From Bdellovibrionota bacterium FG-2 (lineage in GTDB: Bacteria; Bdellovibrionota; UBA1018), in assembly GCA_051382305.1 (NCBI GenBank), contig JBBCAV010000115.1, forward strand, positions 1-48,839: a stretch of DNA of 48,839 bases. The letters run 5' to 3'. This document shows positions 29,692-39,502 of this stretch, one piece after another. Below the pieces are notes generated by a model that had not been told where the DNA came from, ran no database searches, and was given only the letters and a program-made list of their open reading frames with translations. A program made the position numbers and the translations under genes. Position 1 is the first letter of the stretch; the number at the start of each line of letters is the position of its first letter.

Positions 29692-29730
29692 TCTTGAATC
29701 TGCGCCGGAATTCCGGTACTCCTCACTCCT

Positions 29731-30567
29731 ATGAAAGATGCCTCATCTAAGAAGTGGTGGAAAGCTCCCGCAGCTCGTCGAACGGGTTTGGTTTGTTTGA
29801 TTGTTTCGGCCCTGGGAATCCTGATTTGGTGGATCCATTTTCGTCCATTTGTTTCGACGGATGACGCGCGCGTTTCGATGACGCTGATTCGTGTGGCCCC
29901 AGAAGGAGCGGGGGGGCGTGTCGTGCAACTCAATGCTCAAGAGGGCGATAATGTAAAAAAGGGGTTTACCCTCGTTGAGCTTGATCATCGCAATGCCGAG
30001 GCTCAACTTCAGCGCATTCGCGCGCGAGCAACTCTTGCGCAACACGAACTGAGACGAGTCGAAGAGTTGGCTCACCAAAATGGCGTGCCGGCCCGCGATC
30101 TGGATAAGGCGAGAGCAGAGGCGCAAACAACCGAAGCCGAGGTTCATTTGGCCGAAGTGGCTTTGGAAAACACCTATATCAAGAGTCAAATCGATGGTGT
30201 CATTGTTCAAAAAATTGCGGAAGTGGGGAACCTCTTGGAGCCCGGGCAAGTGGCGTTGACGCTTGCGGACTCCGAGAACGCCTGGGTCTCGGCCAACATT
30301 GAAGAAACCTACATTGGCCGGGTAAAGGCAGGTCAGCCGGTTAGTCTTACGGTTGATGAAGGCGGCGAGCTTCAGGGGACGGTCACCGAAATCCGCAGAG
30401 CCGCTGCTTCGCAGTTTGCGCTGATTCCTTCGGAAAATGCTTCGGGAAACTTCACCAAGCTCGTTCAGAGAATTCCGATCAAGATTAAGTTGGAACCCCA
30501 CCCTGATTTGAGCCTGCGTGCGGGGCAGTCTGTTGAGATCCGGATCCGAGTGACCGGAATCAAATAA
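29731..30567 (+). CDS. emrA: EmrA/HlyD-family membrane fusion protein
   Basis: STDDA, SQFALIPSENASGNFTKLVQRIPIKI and LRAGQSV motifs. Confidence 0.9.
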   Translation: MKDASSKKWWKAPAARRTGLVCLIVSALGILIWWIHFRPFVSTDDARVSMTLIRVAPEGAGGRVVQLNAQEGDNVKKGFTLVELDHRNAEAQLQRIRARATLAQHELRRVEELAHQNGVPARDLDKARAEAQTTEAEVHLAEVALENTYIKSQIDGVIVQKIAEVGNLLEPGQVALTLADSENAWVSANIEETYIGRVKAGQPVSLTVDEGGELQGTVTEIRRAAASQFALIPSENASGNFTKLVQRIPIKIKLEPHPDLSLRAGQSVEIRIRVTGIK

Positions 30568-30568
30568 G

Positions 30569-32152
30569 ATGAGCCCCATTGCGCAACACCTAAAGAATAA
30601 CCCCCGCTATAAGTGGGATGTTCTGGGGATCGTGATGATTGGCACGCTCATGGCGGCGCTCGATACGAGCATCGTCAACGTTTCGATTCCTTCGATCATG
30701 GCGGACTTTGGCGTTGGGGTGGATGACATCGAGTGGGTGGTGACCGGTTACATGCTGGCGTTTGCGGTGCTGATGCCTTTGACGGCTTGGTTGCGCGATG
30801 TCATCGGCTCGCGCAGGCTTTACGTGCTGAGCCTTTTTGTTTTCACGCTGGGCTCTGTTCTCTGCGGAATGGCGTGGAACCTTCCGTCGTTGATTATCGC
30901 CCGTGTGGTTCAAGCCTTGGGCGGCGGTGCGCTGACTCCGGTTGGCATGTCGATGATTACGGAAGTGTTTGAACCCCGTGAGCGTGGCAAAGCGATGGGC
31001 TACTGGGGCGTGGGCGTGATTATGGGGCCCGCACTGGGGCCTACTTTGGGCGGAATTCTCACCAAGAGTTTCGGGTGGCGTTCGATATTTTTGGTCAACA
31101 TTCCCATCGGGATCATCGGAATTTTATTGGCGCTGCGGATTTTGATACCGGATAAACCGCACGCAAGCGAGAAGCGGGCGTTTGATTTTTGGGGGTTCGG
31201 GTTTCTCTCGACTTTTTTGGTCGCATTTCTTTTGGGCGTGTCTAACGGCGAGCATGAGGGATGGAATTCGGTGTACGTCGCAGTTTGTGCGATCATTTCG
31301 TTCTTTAGCTTGATTGGATTTTTCTTGGTTGAGTCTCTCGTTCCGAATGGGATTATCGACCTTTCGCTGTTTAAGTCATCTGTTCTTTCAATAGCGACAC
31401 TGGTGACCTTTGTGCGTTCTGTTGCGCTCTTTGGTGGCGTGTTCTTGCTGCCGCTTTTTTTGCAGCGGCAGATGGGCTTTGATGAAATCGAAAGTGGCTT
31501 GCTCATGATGCCCGGCGCTCTTGCGGTGGCCTTTACCATGCCGATTGCGGGGAAGTTAAGTGACCGCGTGGGCGCGCGCGGGCCCGCAGTCTTCGGGCTT
31601 TGCGCGGTCGCTTATTCAATGCTCATGTATCGCAACATCGATATTACTACTTCGTTGTGGAATGTCATCTCGCCCACGCTGATGCGTGGGGTCGGGATGG
31701 GATTTCTCATGGCGCCCGTGATGGCAACCGCCATGAACGCGGTGCCGAGAAACAAGGCAGGGACCACTTCTTCGATGCTAAACCTCATTCAGCAGGTGGG
31801 CGGGGCTATTGGGATCGCGTTCTTAGCCACCGTTTTGGGCCATCGCATTCATTTTCATATGAGCGTGGCTTCGTCTGCAATGCATGTGGGATCCCCTGCG
31901 ATGTTCGATGCGGTGAGACGAGTTGCGGGACACGCGCATCTTTTTGGGCTCACTCGTGGGCAAGCATTTTTGGCGGCGAAGATGGCAGTCGCTCAGCACC
32001 TAGGTGTGGCGGCGACGGTGTCTTCTTTTCAAGATGCTTTTATGGTGGGCTCGGCGATTGTGGCCGTCGCGATTGTTCCCACTTTGTTTTTGCCGAACAA
32101 AAGTGTGGGTGATGGCGCAGGGGCGAAGCCTGAGGGGTTGTACCTCGAATGA
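30569..32152 (+). CDS. emrB: DHA2-family MFS efflux permease
   Basis: LDTSIVNVSIP, WVVTGYML, GPALGPTLGG, WRSIFLVNIPIG and QVGGAIG motifs. Confidence 0.93.
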   Translation: MSPIAQHLKNNPRYKWDVLGIVMIGTLMAALDTSIVNVSIPSIMADFGVGVDDIEWVVTGYMLAFAVLMPLTAWLRDVIGSRRLYVLSLFVFTLGSVLCGMAWNLPSLIIARVVQALGGGALTPVGMSMITEVFEPRERGKAMGYWGVGVIMGPALGPTLGGILTKSFGWRSIFLVNIPIGIIGILLALRILIPDKPHASEKRAFDFWGFGFLSTFLVAFLLGVSNGEHEGWNSVYVAVCAIISFFSLIGFFLVESLVPNGIIDLSLFKSSVLSIATLVTFVRSVALFGGVFLLPLFLQRQMGFDEIESGLLMMPGALAVAFTMPIAGKLSDRVGARGPAVFGLCAVAYSMLMYRNIDITTSLWNVISPTLMRGVGMGFLMAPVMATAMNAVPRNKAGTTSSMLNLIQQVGGAIGIAFLATVLGHRIHFHMSVASSAMHVGSPAMFDAVRRVAGHAHLFGLTRGQAFLAAKMAVAQHLGVAATVSSFQDAFMVGSAIVAVAIVPTLFLPNKSVGDGAGAKPEGLYLE

Positions 32153-33486
32153 AAGACATGAGGGTTTTAAGAATGATTGCAAGAAGGCTTTTGATTTTTG
32201 TGGGGGTGGGATTTTCCTTGGGCGCGTGGGCGGCTTCGCAGTCGGGCCCTGTTACCTTGACGGTTGCCATTGAAGAGGCGGAGGGCGCCAATCCTGTCGC
32301 GCAAAAAGCTGTGGACGCCGCAGAGATGGCTTCCCTAAAAGAGCGCGAATCCTTGGCCGCGTTTTTGCCTAAAATCGGATTAAAAGCCGATCACTTTGTT
32401 GATAATAAGTTTCAGGTTTTGGACATCTCTTTTGGCGGAGCCAATCTACAAATGCCCGCGCAGTATCCGATGACGACGCTGACGCTTGAGGGCTCGATGA
32501 CGCTGTTTGACGGTCTTGCGTCTTGGTATACTTATTGGGGGGCGCAAAAAGAAGCGGATGCGGGACAGTCTCAGTTGCGGCGGGCGCGGCTACAGCTTGA
32601 TTCGGATGTGAAGCTGCGATTTTACCAGGCGATTGCAGCCAAATTTTTGGAAAATGTGGCCGAACAGAATCTGAAAACCTTGGAAGAGCATTTGAGTGAA
32701 ATCAAGGCCCGGCAAAGGGCTGGATTTTCCACGCAGTTTGATGTACTTCGTATTGAGGTCCAGCTCGAAGAAGCGCGCGTGGAGAAAATGGCGAGTGCCG
32801 ATCGTGTGACGGTCTCCCGGCTGCGGCTGGTACAGGCGATGGGTCTGGAGCAAGATGAGCGCTCTTTGGAGGGTGTGCTCCCTATACCAAGCGAGATCAA
32901 GATCCCTGAAGATTTAGCGGTCGATCTCCAAAACCGAGATGATCTTCAGGCGCAAATGAAATTGGATTTTGCCGCGCAAGACTACAAGCATGCCGCGCAA
33001 GCGCATTGGTATCCACGATTCAATATCTTTGCTAACACGCAGGCCTACAACAACGTGAGTAAATCCATGTTTGAGTCTTCGCAGTTTCGCAATGCCTACG
33101 CGATTGGCATGTCACTCACTTGGCGGCTATTTGATGGGGGGGCGGAAAAGGCGCGGCAGGATTTGGCTTCTCTTCGAGCGCGCGATGCCGAGCATAACCT
33201 TCGCGTCGCACAGTTACAGATTCCGGTGGAGTTTAAGACATGGCGGCAGAAGTTCTTTTATAGCGTGTCATCTTACCACGCCTCTTTGCGCTCGGTCGAC
33301 AAGGCCGAAGAGAGTGTTCGTCTTGCACGGGTTGGGCTCAAAGCAGGGACGCGCACCAATGTCGAGATGTTGGATGCGGAGCTTGATCTGTTTCGCGCAC
33401 GCGCCGGCGTGATCAAAGCTCAAGTGGATGCGGTCGAGGCGTTGATTAGTCTGGAATTAGCACTGGGGCGAAAGCTGAGTGTGTGA
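32149..33486 (+). CDS. TolC-family outer membrane efflux protein
   Basis: Signal peptide; two OEP repeats (FLPKI/WYPRF, LFDG, AGTRTNVEMLDAE). Confidence 0.9.
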   Translation: MKDMRVLRMIARRLLIFVGVGFSLGAWAASQSGPVTLTVAIEEAEGANPVAQKAVDAAEMASLKERESLAAFLPKIGLKADHFVDNKFQVLDISFGGANLQMPAQYPMTTLTLEGSMTLFDGLASWYTYWGAQKEADAGQSQLRRARLQLDSDVKLRFYQAIAAKFLENVAEQNLKTLEEHLSEIKARQRAGFSTQFDVLRIEVQLEEARVEKMASADRVTVSRLRLVQAMGLEQDERSLEGVLPIPSEIKIPEDLAVDLQNRDDLQAQMKLDFAAQDYKHAAQAHWYPRFNIFANTQAYNNVSKSMFESSQFRNAYAIGMSLTWRLFDGGAEKARQDLASLRARDAEHNLRVAQLQIPVEFKTWRQKFFYSVSSYHASLRSVDKAEESVRLARVGLKAGTRTNVEMLDAELDLFRARAGVIKAQVDAVEALISLELALGRKLSV

Positions 33487-33495
33487 TCCGCCTTT

Positions 33496-33882
33496 TCACC
33501 AGAGCCTAGATACTTTATAGGAGTCAAACGCGTTGTCGGTTCCGATTATGGTGAGCTTATCGCTTTGAGCCTGAGCAATGATGAGTCGATAAAAAGGGTC
33601 TCGGTGGTGATAGGGGAGTTTGGAGACGATCTCAGCATGCGCGACATCAACGGGTAGCAGCTCAATTCCGCAAGCAGAATGTGATTCCTCCAACATCTTT
33701 GCGCTTGAATCCTTGGACTTTATGCGCTTCAGGCTAATGAGGATCCCAATTTCCCAAAGAGATGCCGCGCTAACAAAGAGCGAGTACCTGGGGTTTGACA
33801 GTGCGGCGAGTGCTGTCTTTGAAATAAGATTCGGGTCGTAGAGCTGCCATAAAAAGGTATGGGTATCTAAGAGCAGTTTCAC
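33496..33882 (-). CDS. vapC: PIN-domain VapC toxin, probably inactivated
   Basis: MKLLLDTHTFLW, SAASLWEI and HHRDPFYR (family consensus DPFDR). Confidence 0.85.
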   Translation of the reverse strand: MKLLLDTHTFLWQLYDPNLISKTALAALSNPRYSLFVSAASLWEIGILISLKRIKSKDSSAKMLEESHSACGIELLPVDVAHAEIVSKLPYHHRDPFYRLIIAQAQSDKLTIIGTDNAFDSYKVSRLW

Positions 33883-33932
33883 TTAAGATATTCCTGGAAC
33901 TCGATGCGCCCCTTGAGTACTCCGAACTAGCG
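33879..33932 (-). pseudogene. Antitoxin C-terminal remnant
   Basis: Reads R*FGVLKGRIEFQEYLK* and overlaps the vapC start as GTGA; resembles the RxFGxLKGxI...F.EY tail of antitoxins found with this PIN type. Confidence 0.6.
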
Positions 33933-34083
33933 GGCTAGGGTCGTCGTCGCGGGTGTAAAACTTTTAGACAATCGGTCAGTCCATCACTTTTGGTTCTTTC
34001 AGGTTGAAGGTCCAACTCTTTGAAAACTAGAGAGAACTCATTATTTTGAGTTTGGACCTTTGCTTGCATATTGGCATCTCGTG

Positions 34084-35733
34084 ATGGGCGCACCAAAAAG
34101 AATAAGAATTTATCGGAGAGTTTTTCAAATCAGCATCGTCATGGCCCTTGCCACCCTGTTTTGGGGTTGCCTGTGGCGAAGCGTGACGATTCAGATCCTT
34201 CACGTGAACGACCTTCATTCGTATTTTGACGGGAGTTCTGAAGTTGGAGGCTACGCTGCGCTCAAGTTTCAGCTGAATCGGCTAAAAACTGAAGCCAAGT
34301 CAAAGGGGCTCGAATCCCTTGTGCTCAATGGAGGAGATTCATTTGAGGGTGATCCCTACTATTTTGCGGATCGAGGTTCGCACTCGGCAAAATTGCTGGG
34401 GGCGATGGCGTTCGACGCAACCGCGATTGGCAATCATGACTTCTTGATGGGCCCCGCTGAGTTTGATCGGCTCCTAGGAGAGCTTCCGACCGGCACTAAA
34501 ATCGTTGGGGCAAATTTTGACTTCGACCGCACTCGGTATCCGCATGCTGCGACCAAGATTTTGCCCTATGTTGAGCTCACCCGCTCGGGACTCAAAATTG
34601 CGGTCTTAGGACTTACGACTGATGATGTGCTTTATGCTTGGGCGGCAGGCGATATTTCGATTACAAATCCCTTGATCAGTGCGCTTAAATTGATTCCGGT
34701 CTTGAAAGCGCGCAACGATATCTTGATCGTGCTCTCGCATCTAGGAACCGCGGCCGACGTGAAGCTCGTGGAGCGGACGGCTGGCATCGATCTGGTTGTG
34801 GGCAGCCACGATCATATTCCACTTGTCCAACCCCTGTTAAAAAAGGATCTCACGGGACGTGAAGTTCCGATTCTTCAAGCCCCCGCTTTTGGCGCAGGCA
34901 TTGGCAAATTGGTGGTGACCGTCAAGCGCAACCGCACTTACAAAATTGATAGTTACGCGTTTGTGCCCGTACTTGCGCAAGGGCCTCAAGACCCCGTCAT
35001 TCAGGGCTTAGTGGCCGATGCGAAGGTTTCAATGGATAAGCAGTTTGGCGATTCTTGGTTACGAGAAACGGTGGGCGACGTGAGTGCTTTGAGCGCCGAA
35101 ACAAATCCACCTCAAAGTCTTGGTACGTTCTGGGGCGATTTTGTCGCTCAAGCTTTTCGGGAGGCCACACACGCTGATATCGGAATTGATGCCGAAGCTT
35201 TTCGCGGCGATCCTCAGCCCCTCAGCGCGGTCACTCACTTGAATCTGATGAAACTTTATCCGAGGTTGTTTGAGTTTGGCCTGGGCACAAACCCAAATTT
35301 AGGCCCAAATTTAGGATGGACTATTTGGACCCTAAAGCTTCCGGGCGCTATTCTCCCTAAAGTATGCGAAACGGCCGTGAACATGGGCTTTCCACTTTCG
35401 ATATCGGGCGTGAGTTTTGTGCAAACGCAAGAAAACGGCAAGGCAGTTCTTTCGGAATTCAAAGTCGGTGGTGCTGAGCTAAATCCCCTGTCGCTCTACA
35501 CCTTTGCGCTTCCAGAAGGCGTGGCGCGAGCGGTGATTGAAATTCCCAAGAGGTACGAGCCCGGAATGGCAGGACTCGCCGCTAGAATTTCCTCAAGCAG
35601 TTTTTCAATTCAACCTTTGATCGGTTTTTTGATCGAGGAGTTGAATGCGTTTACTGATACGATTGAGGATACTAAAATCCCGATTTGGACTGCGCTGGAG
35701 CAAAAGATTCGCTCGGCGAATTCGCCGCTTTAA
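34084..35733 (+). CDS. Bifunctional metallophosphatase/5'-nucleotidase (UshA-like), likely lipoprotein
   Basis: ILHVNDLHS, GGDSFEG, IGNHDF, VLSHLG and GSHDH motifs; LFWGC lipobox-like; start uncertain. Confidence 0.88.
   Translation: MGAPKRIRIYRRVFQISIVMALATLFWGCLWRSVTIQILHVNDLHSYFDGSSEVGGYAALKFQLNRLKTEAKSKGLESLVLNGGDSFEGDPYYFADRGSHSAKLLGAMAFDATAIGNHDFLMGPAEFDRLLGELPTGTKIVGANFDFDRTRYPHAATKILPYVELTRSGLKIAVLGLTTDDVLYAWAAGDISITNPLISALKLIPVLKARNDILIVLSHLGTAADVKLVERTAGIDLVVGSHDHIPLVQPLLKKDLTGREVPILQAPAFGAGIGKLVVTVKRNRTYKIDSYAFVPVLAQGPQDPVIQGLVADAKVSMDKQFGDSWLRETVGDVSALSAETNPPQSLGTFWGDFVAQAFREATHADIGIDAEAFRGDPQPLSAVTHLNLMKLYPRLFEFGLGTNPNLGPNLGWTIWTLKLPGAILPKVCETAVNMGFPLSISGVSFVQTQENGKAVLSEFKVGGAELNPLSLYTFALPEGVARAVIEIPKRYEPGMAGLAARISSSSFSIQPLIGFLIEELNAFTDTIEDTKIPIWTALEQKIRSANSPL
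35292..35315. repeat. 12-bp in-frame tandem duplication (CCCAAATTTAGG x2)
   Basis: Encodes PNLG-PNLG within the 5'-nucleotidase. Confidence 0.9.
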
Positions 35734-36208
35734 CGAATGCACGGGCGATCTAGCAACTCGCACGTCGTCTTTGCGGAACTCCGATTGTCGACTTAATAGT
35801 GATTGTGGCAACGAATGGCGTCAAAACAAACGAGGGGTTTCTTTATGTCTCACTTGCACTTGCCGCTGTATAACATGGCTCTAGTCTGAGCTAGATCGGC
35901 GGTTAGCTTACAAGTTTCCAAGATCAGGTCATCTTTATCTGGATCACAAACTTGCTTGCATCCAGAAACACCATTAAAGGCCTCTCGAACTTTGGCTAAT
36001 GATGCCATCAACTGGTTTCTATGAAAGCGAGCGAACGAGCGGTTTTTCGTTAGATGCGACATCCTTCCTGACATAGGGGGGGGGGCTTCGTGTCCGGCGA
36101 AATTCAGAAATTCCCCGAAAGCCGCACTCACATAGTAATGAATGCCATCTTGCAGCCGTCCGAAATGTCACGGCATTTCAAGGGCTTGCCGGAGCTGTTT
36201 TTCAACCA

Positions 36209-36237
36209 TAGACATAGATCTGTTTTAAGGCTATAAT
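36209..36237 (+). promoter_or_regulatory. Sigma70-type promoter of the TA operon
   Basis: TAGACA (36209-14), 17-bp spacer, TATAAT (36232-37), 20 bp upstream of the antitoxin ATG. Confidence 0.7.
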
Positions 36238-36257
36238 GGAGTCAGATTGGAGCCGTT

Positions 36258-36494
36258 ATGCCTGTAAATCTATCAATCAAAGCCGTCCCTGATGCTTTAG
36301 TAGAGAAGTTGCGCTGGAGAGCTGAGAAGAATCACCGCTCGCTTCAGGGTGAGCTGATGACCATTCTTGAAGAGAATCTTGAACGGCCTCGCCCCTTGTC
36401 TATGGATGAATCGATCCGTAGGCTCCGGAAAATCGCAGTGACAACTGCTTCTGAATCAACAAGAGTAATCCGTGAAGACAGAGACAGACGCTAA
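36258..36494 (+). CDS. Arc/FitA-like ribbon-helix-helix antitoxin
   Basis: NLSIKAVPDALVEKLRWRAEKNHRSLQGELMTIL and C-terminal IREDRDR. Confidence 0.88.
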   Translation: MPVNLSIKAVPDALVEKLRWRAEKNHRSLQGELMTILEENLERPRPLSMDESIRRLRKIAVTTASESTRVIREDRDRR

Positions 36495-36861
36495 ACTTGT
36501 AGTGGATGCTTCCGCCGTCAGCGCGATTTTTTTTAGAGAGCCGGAAGCCGAACTTCTTGAACGAAAGTTGCTGAATCGCTCTTGGGTTGCGCCGACGTTG
36601 ATCGACTATGAAATCGGATCGGTATATCTCAAGAAAATAAAATACCACCCACAGCTTCGACAGCAACTCGATGAATGCTATCAGGTCTATTGTGATGCTG
36701 CTATTGAGCGCGTCGACGTCCCCGTTAGCTCCGTGTTTGCGATCGCCGAAAAATATGGCCTCACGATTTACGATGCAAGCTACTTCTGGCTAGCTGCCAC
36801 GTTAAATCTAAAGCTTGTGACTCTTGACAAGCAACTCGCAGCTGCTTGGGCGAAAAAGTAA
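36472..36861 (+). CDS. vapC: PIN-domain VapC toxin
   Basis: VVDASA, DYEIG, LTIYDASY and LVTLD: all four acidic PIN positions present; overlaps the antitoxin. Confidence 0.9.
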   Translation: MKTETDAKLVVDASAVSAIFFREPEAELLERKLLNRSWVAPTLIDYEIGSVYLKKIKYHPQLRQQLDECYQVYCDAAIERVDVPVSSVFAIAEKYGLTIYDASYFWLAATLNLKLVTLDKQLAAAWAKK

Positions 36862-37129
36862 CGATTGATGGAAAGATGACTCATCAGGCTCCCCCCGTGT
36901 AGTAAGATTCCTTAAGAAAGGGCAATACGACACCAGCTTGAAAACTTTACGTATTTCTGATGCCCCCCTGCAAAGATGCTTTTTGTTGAGATTCGCGCAA
37001 TATGTATTGGACCTTTTCCGTATTCCCTGCGAGCTTTTCGCAACGGCACGAGGTCTGCAGCAATGGACGCCAAAGAAGTGCTGTCACATTGGGTTTAAAT
37101 GATTTGAAGGCCACACCGATGGCGGGGGT

Positions 37130-38320
37130 ATGGAAATGAGAAATCTAAATTTTGGGCGATTCTTGGCGTCCTTCGTTTTTGTCTCAGCTTTTTTTGGATC
37201 CAGTGTTTTGGGCTTTGCTGCGCCAACGATAGAAGTCGTTCAGAGTGTTCCGCTTGAAACCACGCTTGCGGTTCCGGGCGTGCGTTTAGCTCAAGAAGTG
37301 TGGCTTGAGATGATCGGCTCTGCGAAAACGAGCCTTGATATTGAGCAGTTCTACTTAAGCAATCAAGCAGGGGAGAGCCTAGAGCCTGTGGTTGTGGCCA
37401 TTGAGAAGGCGGCAAGCCGGGGTGTTCGAGTGAGGCTTGTCGCGGATAAGAAGTTCTATGGGACCTATCCCGAAACGATTGATCGGATTTCAAAGTTGGT
37501 AAACGCGGAGGCGCGCTTGGTAGATTACGCGCCTTTTGGAGGCGTTCAACACGCGAAGTTCTTTGTGGTGGATGGACAGCAGGGGTTTGTGGGGAGTCAA
37601 AACTTTGATTGGCGAGCGCTAAATCAAATTCACGAAATCGGTATCCGAGTCGTTGACGAAAAAGTGAGTGCTGACCTTCAGCTAGTTTTTGAAAAAGATT
37701 GGGCGATGGCAAAAGGCGTGGGAGCTGCGGTGACTCCGCCCGCGCCGTTGAGTTCTTCAGGGTTGTCGATCTCGGCGCTCTTTTCGGAGATTGTGGTATT
37801 AGCATCACCCAAACAAGCGAATCCTGATGGGATTTCTGATAGTTTAACCGAAATCACAAATGCCATGAACGCGGCTCAGAAGTCGATTCGCATTCAGGTC
37901 ATGGAATATTCAACCAAGATTTTTGGCGCGGGTGGCGCTTGGACTGCGCTCGATGATTCGATTCGAAAAGCGGCCGCGCGCGGGGTGAAAGTTCAACTTC
38001 TAGTAGATGTTTCCAATATTCAGAAAGCCAAGAAGGATCTCAAAGCGTTGGCCGCCCTGAGCAACATCGAAGTGAAGAGCGTTACGATCCCTGCTTGGTC
38101 GGGGGGCAAGATTGATTACGCTCGTCTTATTCACAGCAAGTATCTCATCGTAGATGGTTTGGTGAGTTGGGTGGGGACCGAAAATTGGAGCATGGGCTAT
38201 TTTATGAATACCCGTGATGTGGGATTCATGATTCACACTCAGAGTGTAACGGATCAATTGGATCAGGTCTTCGAACGAGTGTGGACAAGTTCGTATACCT
38301 CGGGTGTTTCCAAAGATTGA
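37130..38320 (+). CDS. Secreted phospholipase D-superfamily protein (PLD3-like, two HKD motifs)
   Basis: HAKFFVVD..GSQNFDWRAL..HEIG and HSKYLIVD..GTENWS motifs; signal peptide. Confidence 0.92.
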   Translation: MEMRNLNFGRFLASFVFVSAFFGSSVLGFAAPTIEVVQSVPLETTLAVPGVRLAQEVWLEMIGSAKTSLDIEQFYLSNQAGESLEPVVVAIEKAASRGVRVRLVADKKFYGTYPETIDRISKLVNAEARLVDYAPFGGVQHAKFFVVDGQQGFVGSQNFDWRALNQIHEIGIRVVDEKVSADLQLVFEKDWAMAKGVGAAVTPPAPLSSSGLSISALFSEIVVLASPKQANPDGISDSLTEITNAMNAAQKSIRIQVMEYSTKIFGAGGAWTALDDSIRKAAARGVKVQLLVDVSNIQKAKKDLKALAALSNIEVKSVTIPAWSGGKIDYARLIHSKYLIVDGLVSWVGTENWSMGYFMNTRDVGFMIHTQSVTDQLDQVFERVWTSSYTSGVSKD

Positions 38321-38406
38321 GTAGGAGCGAATTAATTTACTTTAATTCCACTTTCATCTCTCTCTAATCGAACGCGCATAACATGGTTTCATGGAGGACC
38401 TAATCT

Positions 38407-38757
38407 ATGGAATCATTGCTCGGTGAAGTTCAATTCAGTCACATTAGCTGCTCGCATAAAGTCCGAAGTTTCGTCCGTAAGTATCTTGAAAACTGGGTGA
38501 CCCTGCATGGCTTATCTAGGGCCCACACATTTTATCGGGTGCGGTTCACCCGAAACGGAAAAGGCCATACCGTGGCTTGCGAGGTTGAAGTCCAAGCTCA
38601 TCAACAGATTTGGACGGGATTTACGATTTCGGATGACTTGCATCAATCCTTGGTGCGCTGCCTAGATAAGATGGCGGAGGCGGTGACCCTGGGGGCACCG
38701 CCCCGCAATCTAAGTTCCGATACTAGTTTCTTGGAAGAGCCGCGGCGTACTTCTTGA
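38407..38757 (+). CDS. HPF/RaiA-like fold protein (divergent)
   Basis: Pattern VQFSHISCSHKVRSFVRKYL...VACEVEV...SDDLHQSLVRCLDKM parallels HPF; GGAGG RBS. Confidence 0.55.
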   Translation: MESLLGEVQFSHISCSHKVRSFVRKYLENWVTLHGLSRAHTFYRVRFTRNGKGHTVACEVEVQAHQQIWTGFTISDDLHQSLVRCLDKMAEAVTLGAPPRNLSSDTSFLEEPRRTS

Positions 38758-39431
38758 TCAGATCCTCGAGATCCTTTTTGCCGTGGATCTTGTCTTTGTC
38801 GGCACCGGTTAACTGAATTTCGCCGGCAATAGCTTTGTCCAGTGCGCGGTGCTCGATGAGGCCCGCGAGCTCCATCGGTTCACCGCTTTGCATAGGCTGG
38901 AAGTCTTTTGGAAGAAACGGCGCAAGATCGGTTGCGATAAAGGCACCACCGGGAACAAGCACATTTCCCGCCGTGTCTTTCTTGGGTGAGAAAAAGGAGA
39001 GCTGTAAAACGAGACGCTTGTTTTCGTCCCAGAAGGGCATGCCAACGTCGATTTGATCAAAGTCGGATCCGACTCGGGTGACCACGGCGGCTACTCCGAC
39101 GACGTATTGTTTTTCTGTGCTGAAATAGAAATGCCAGCTTACCTCTTTCGTGTTGAGTTTCGGGATCACCACATCAATGACCGGCGTCGTTATCCAACCC
39201 GGCAGGGCACGGTCGTTCGGTAGGAGAAGAGTAGATTGATAGCCGACCCAGCTATCTTTTAAAAATACGGATGTTTGAAGTCCAAAACCGAACTGCAATC
39301 CATGCTGGTCGGGGATTTGGCTTCGAATGTAAAGCTCGCCATAGGGTTCAAGTTTGAGGTTTGCATCCGGCAAAGCTAGCGGCCCATGCAACAAGACAAA
39401 GAACGAGGCCCACCTTTTTGAAAGTGTTCAT
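38723..39431 (-). pseudogene. Frameshifted lipoprotein gene
   Basis: AAGGAG RBS and ATG 39431 encode MNTFKKVGLVLCLVAWAASFAGC (lipobox), then TGA at 39348-50. The body continues in the frame of ORF 38723..39394; removing one base near 39360-62 joins them. Confidence 0.75.
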
Positions 39432-39502
39432 AATTTTTCTCCTTAGTCATTGGTAGTATTGGTTCCAAAACAGGGAGAAACATGCATTTGACTTGCCAAC
39501 GA

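Noticed and set aside
29743-30579. 278-aa antisense ORF over emrA
   Set aside because: Shadow of a well-supported sense gene, with no recognisable motifs.
33487-37129. Possible integron cassette array around the TA modules
   Set aside because: No convincing attC-like repeats or integrase were seen, and the genes are in mixed orientation.
37095-37808. 237-aa antisense ORF over the PLD gene
   Set aside because: Arg/Ser/Pro/Gln-rich shadow ORF with no family features.
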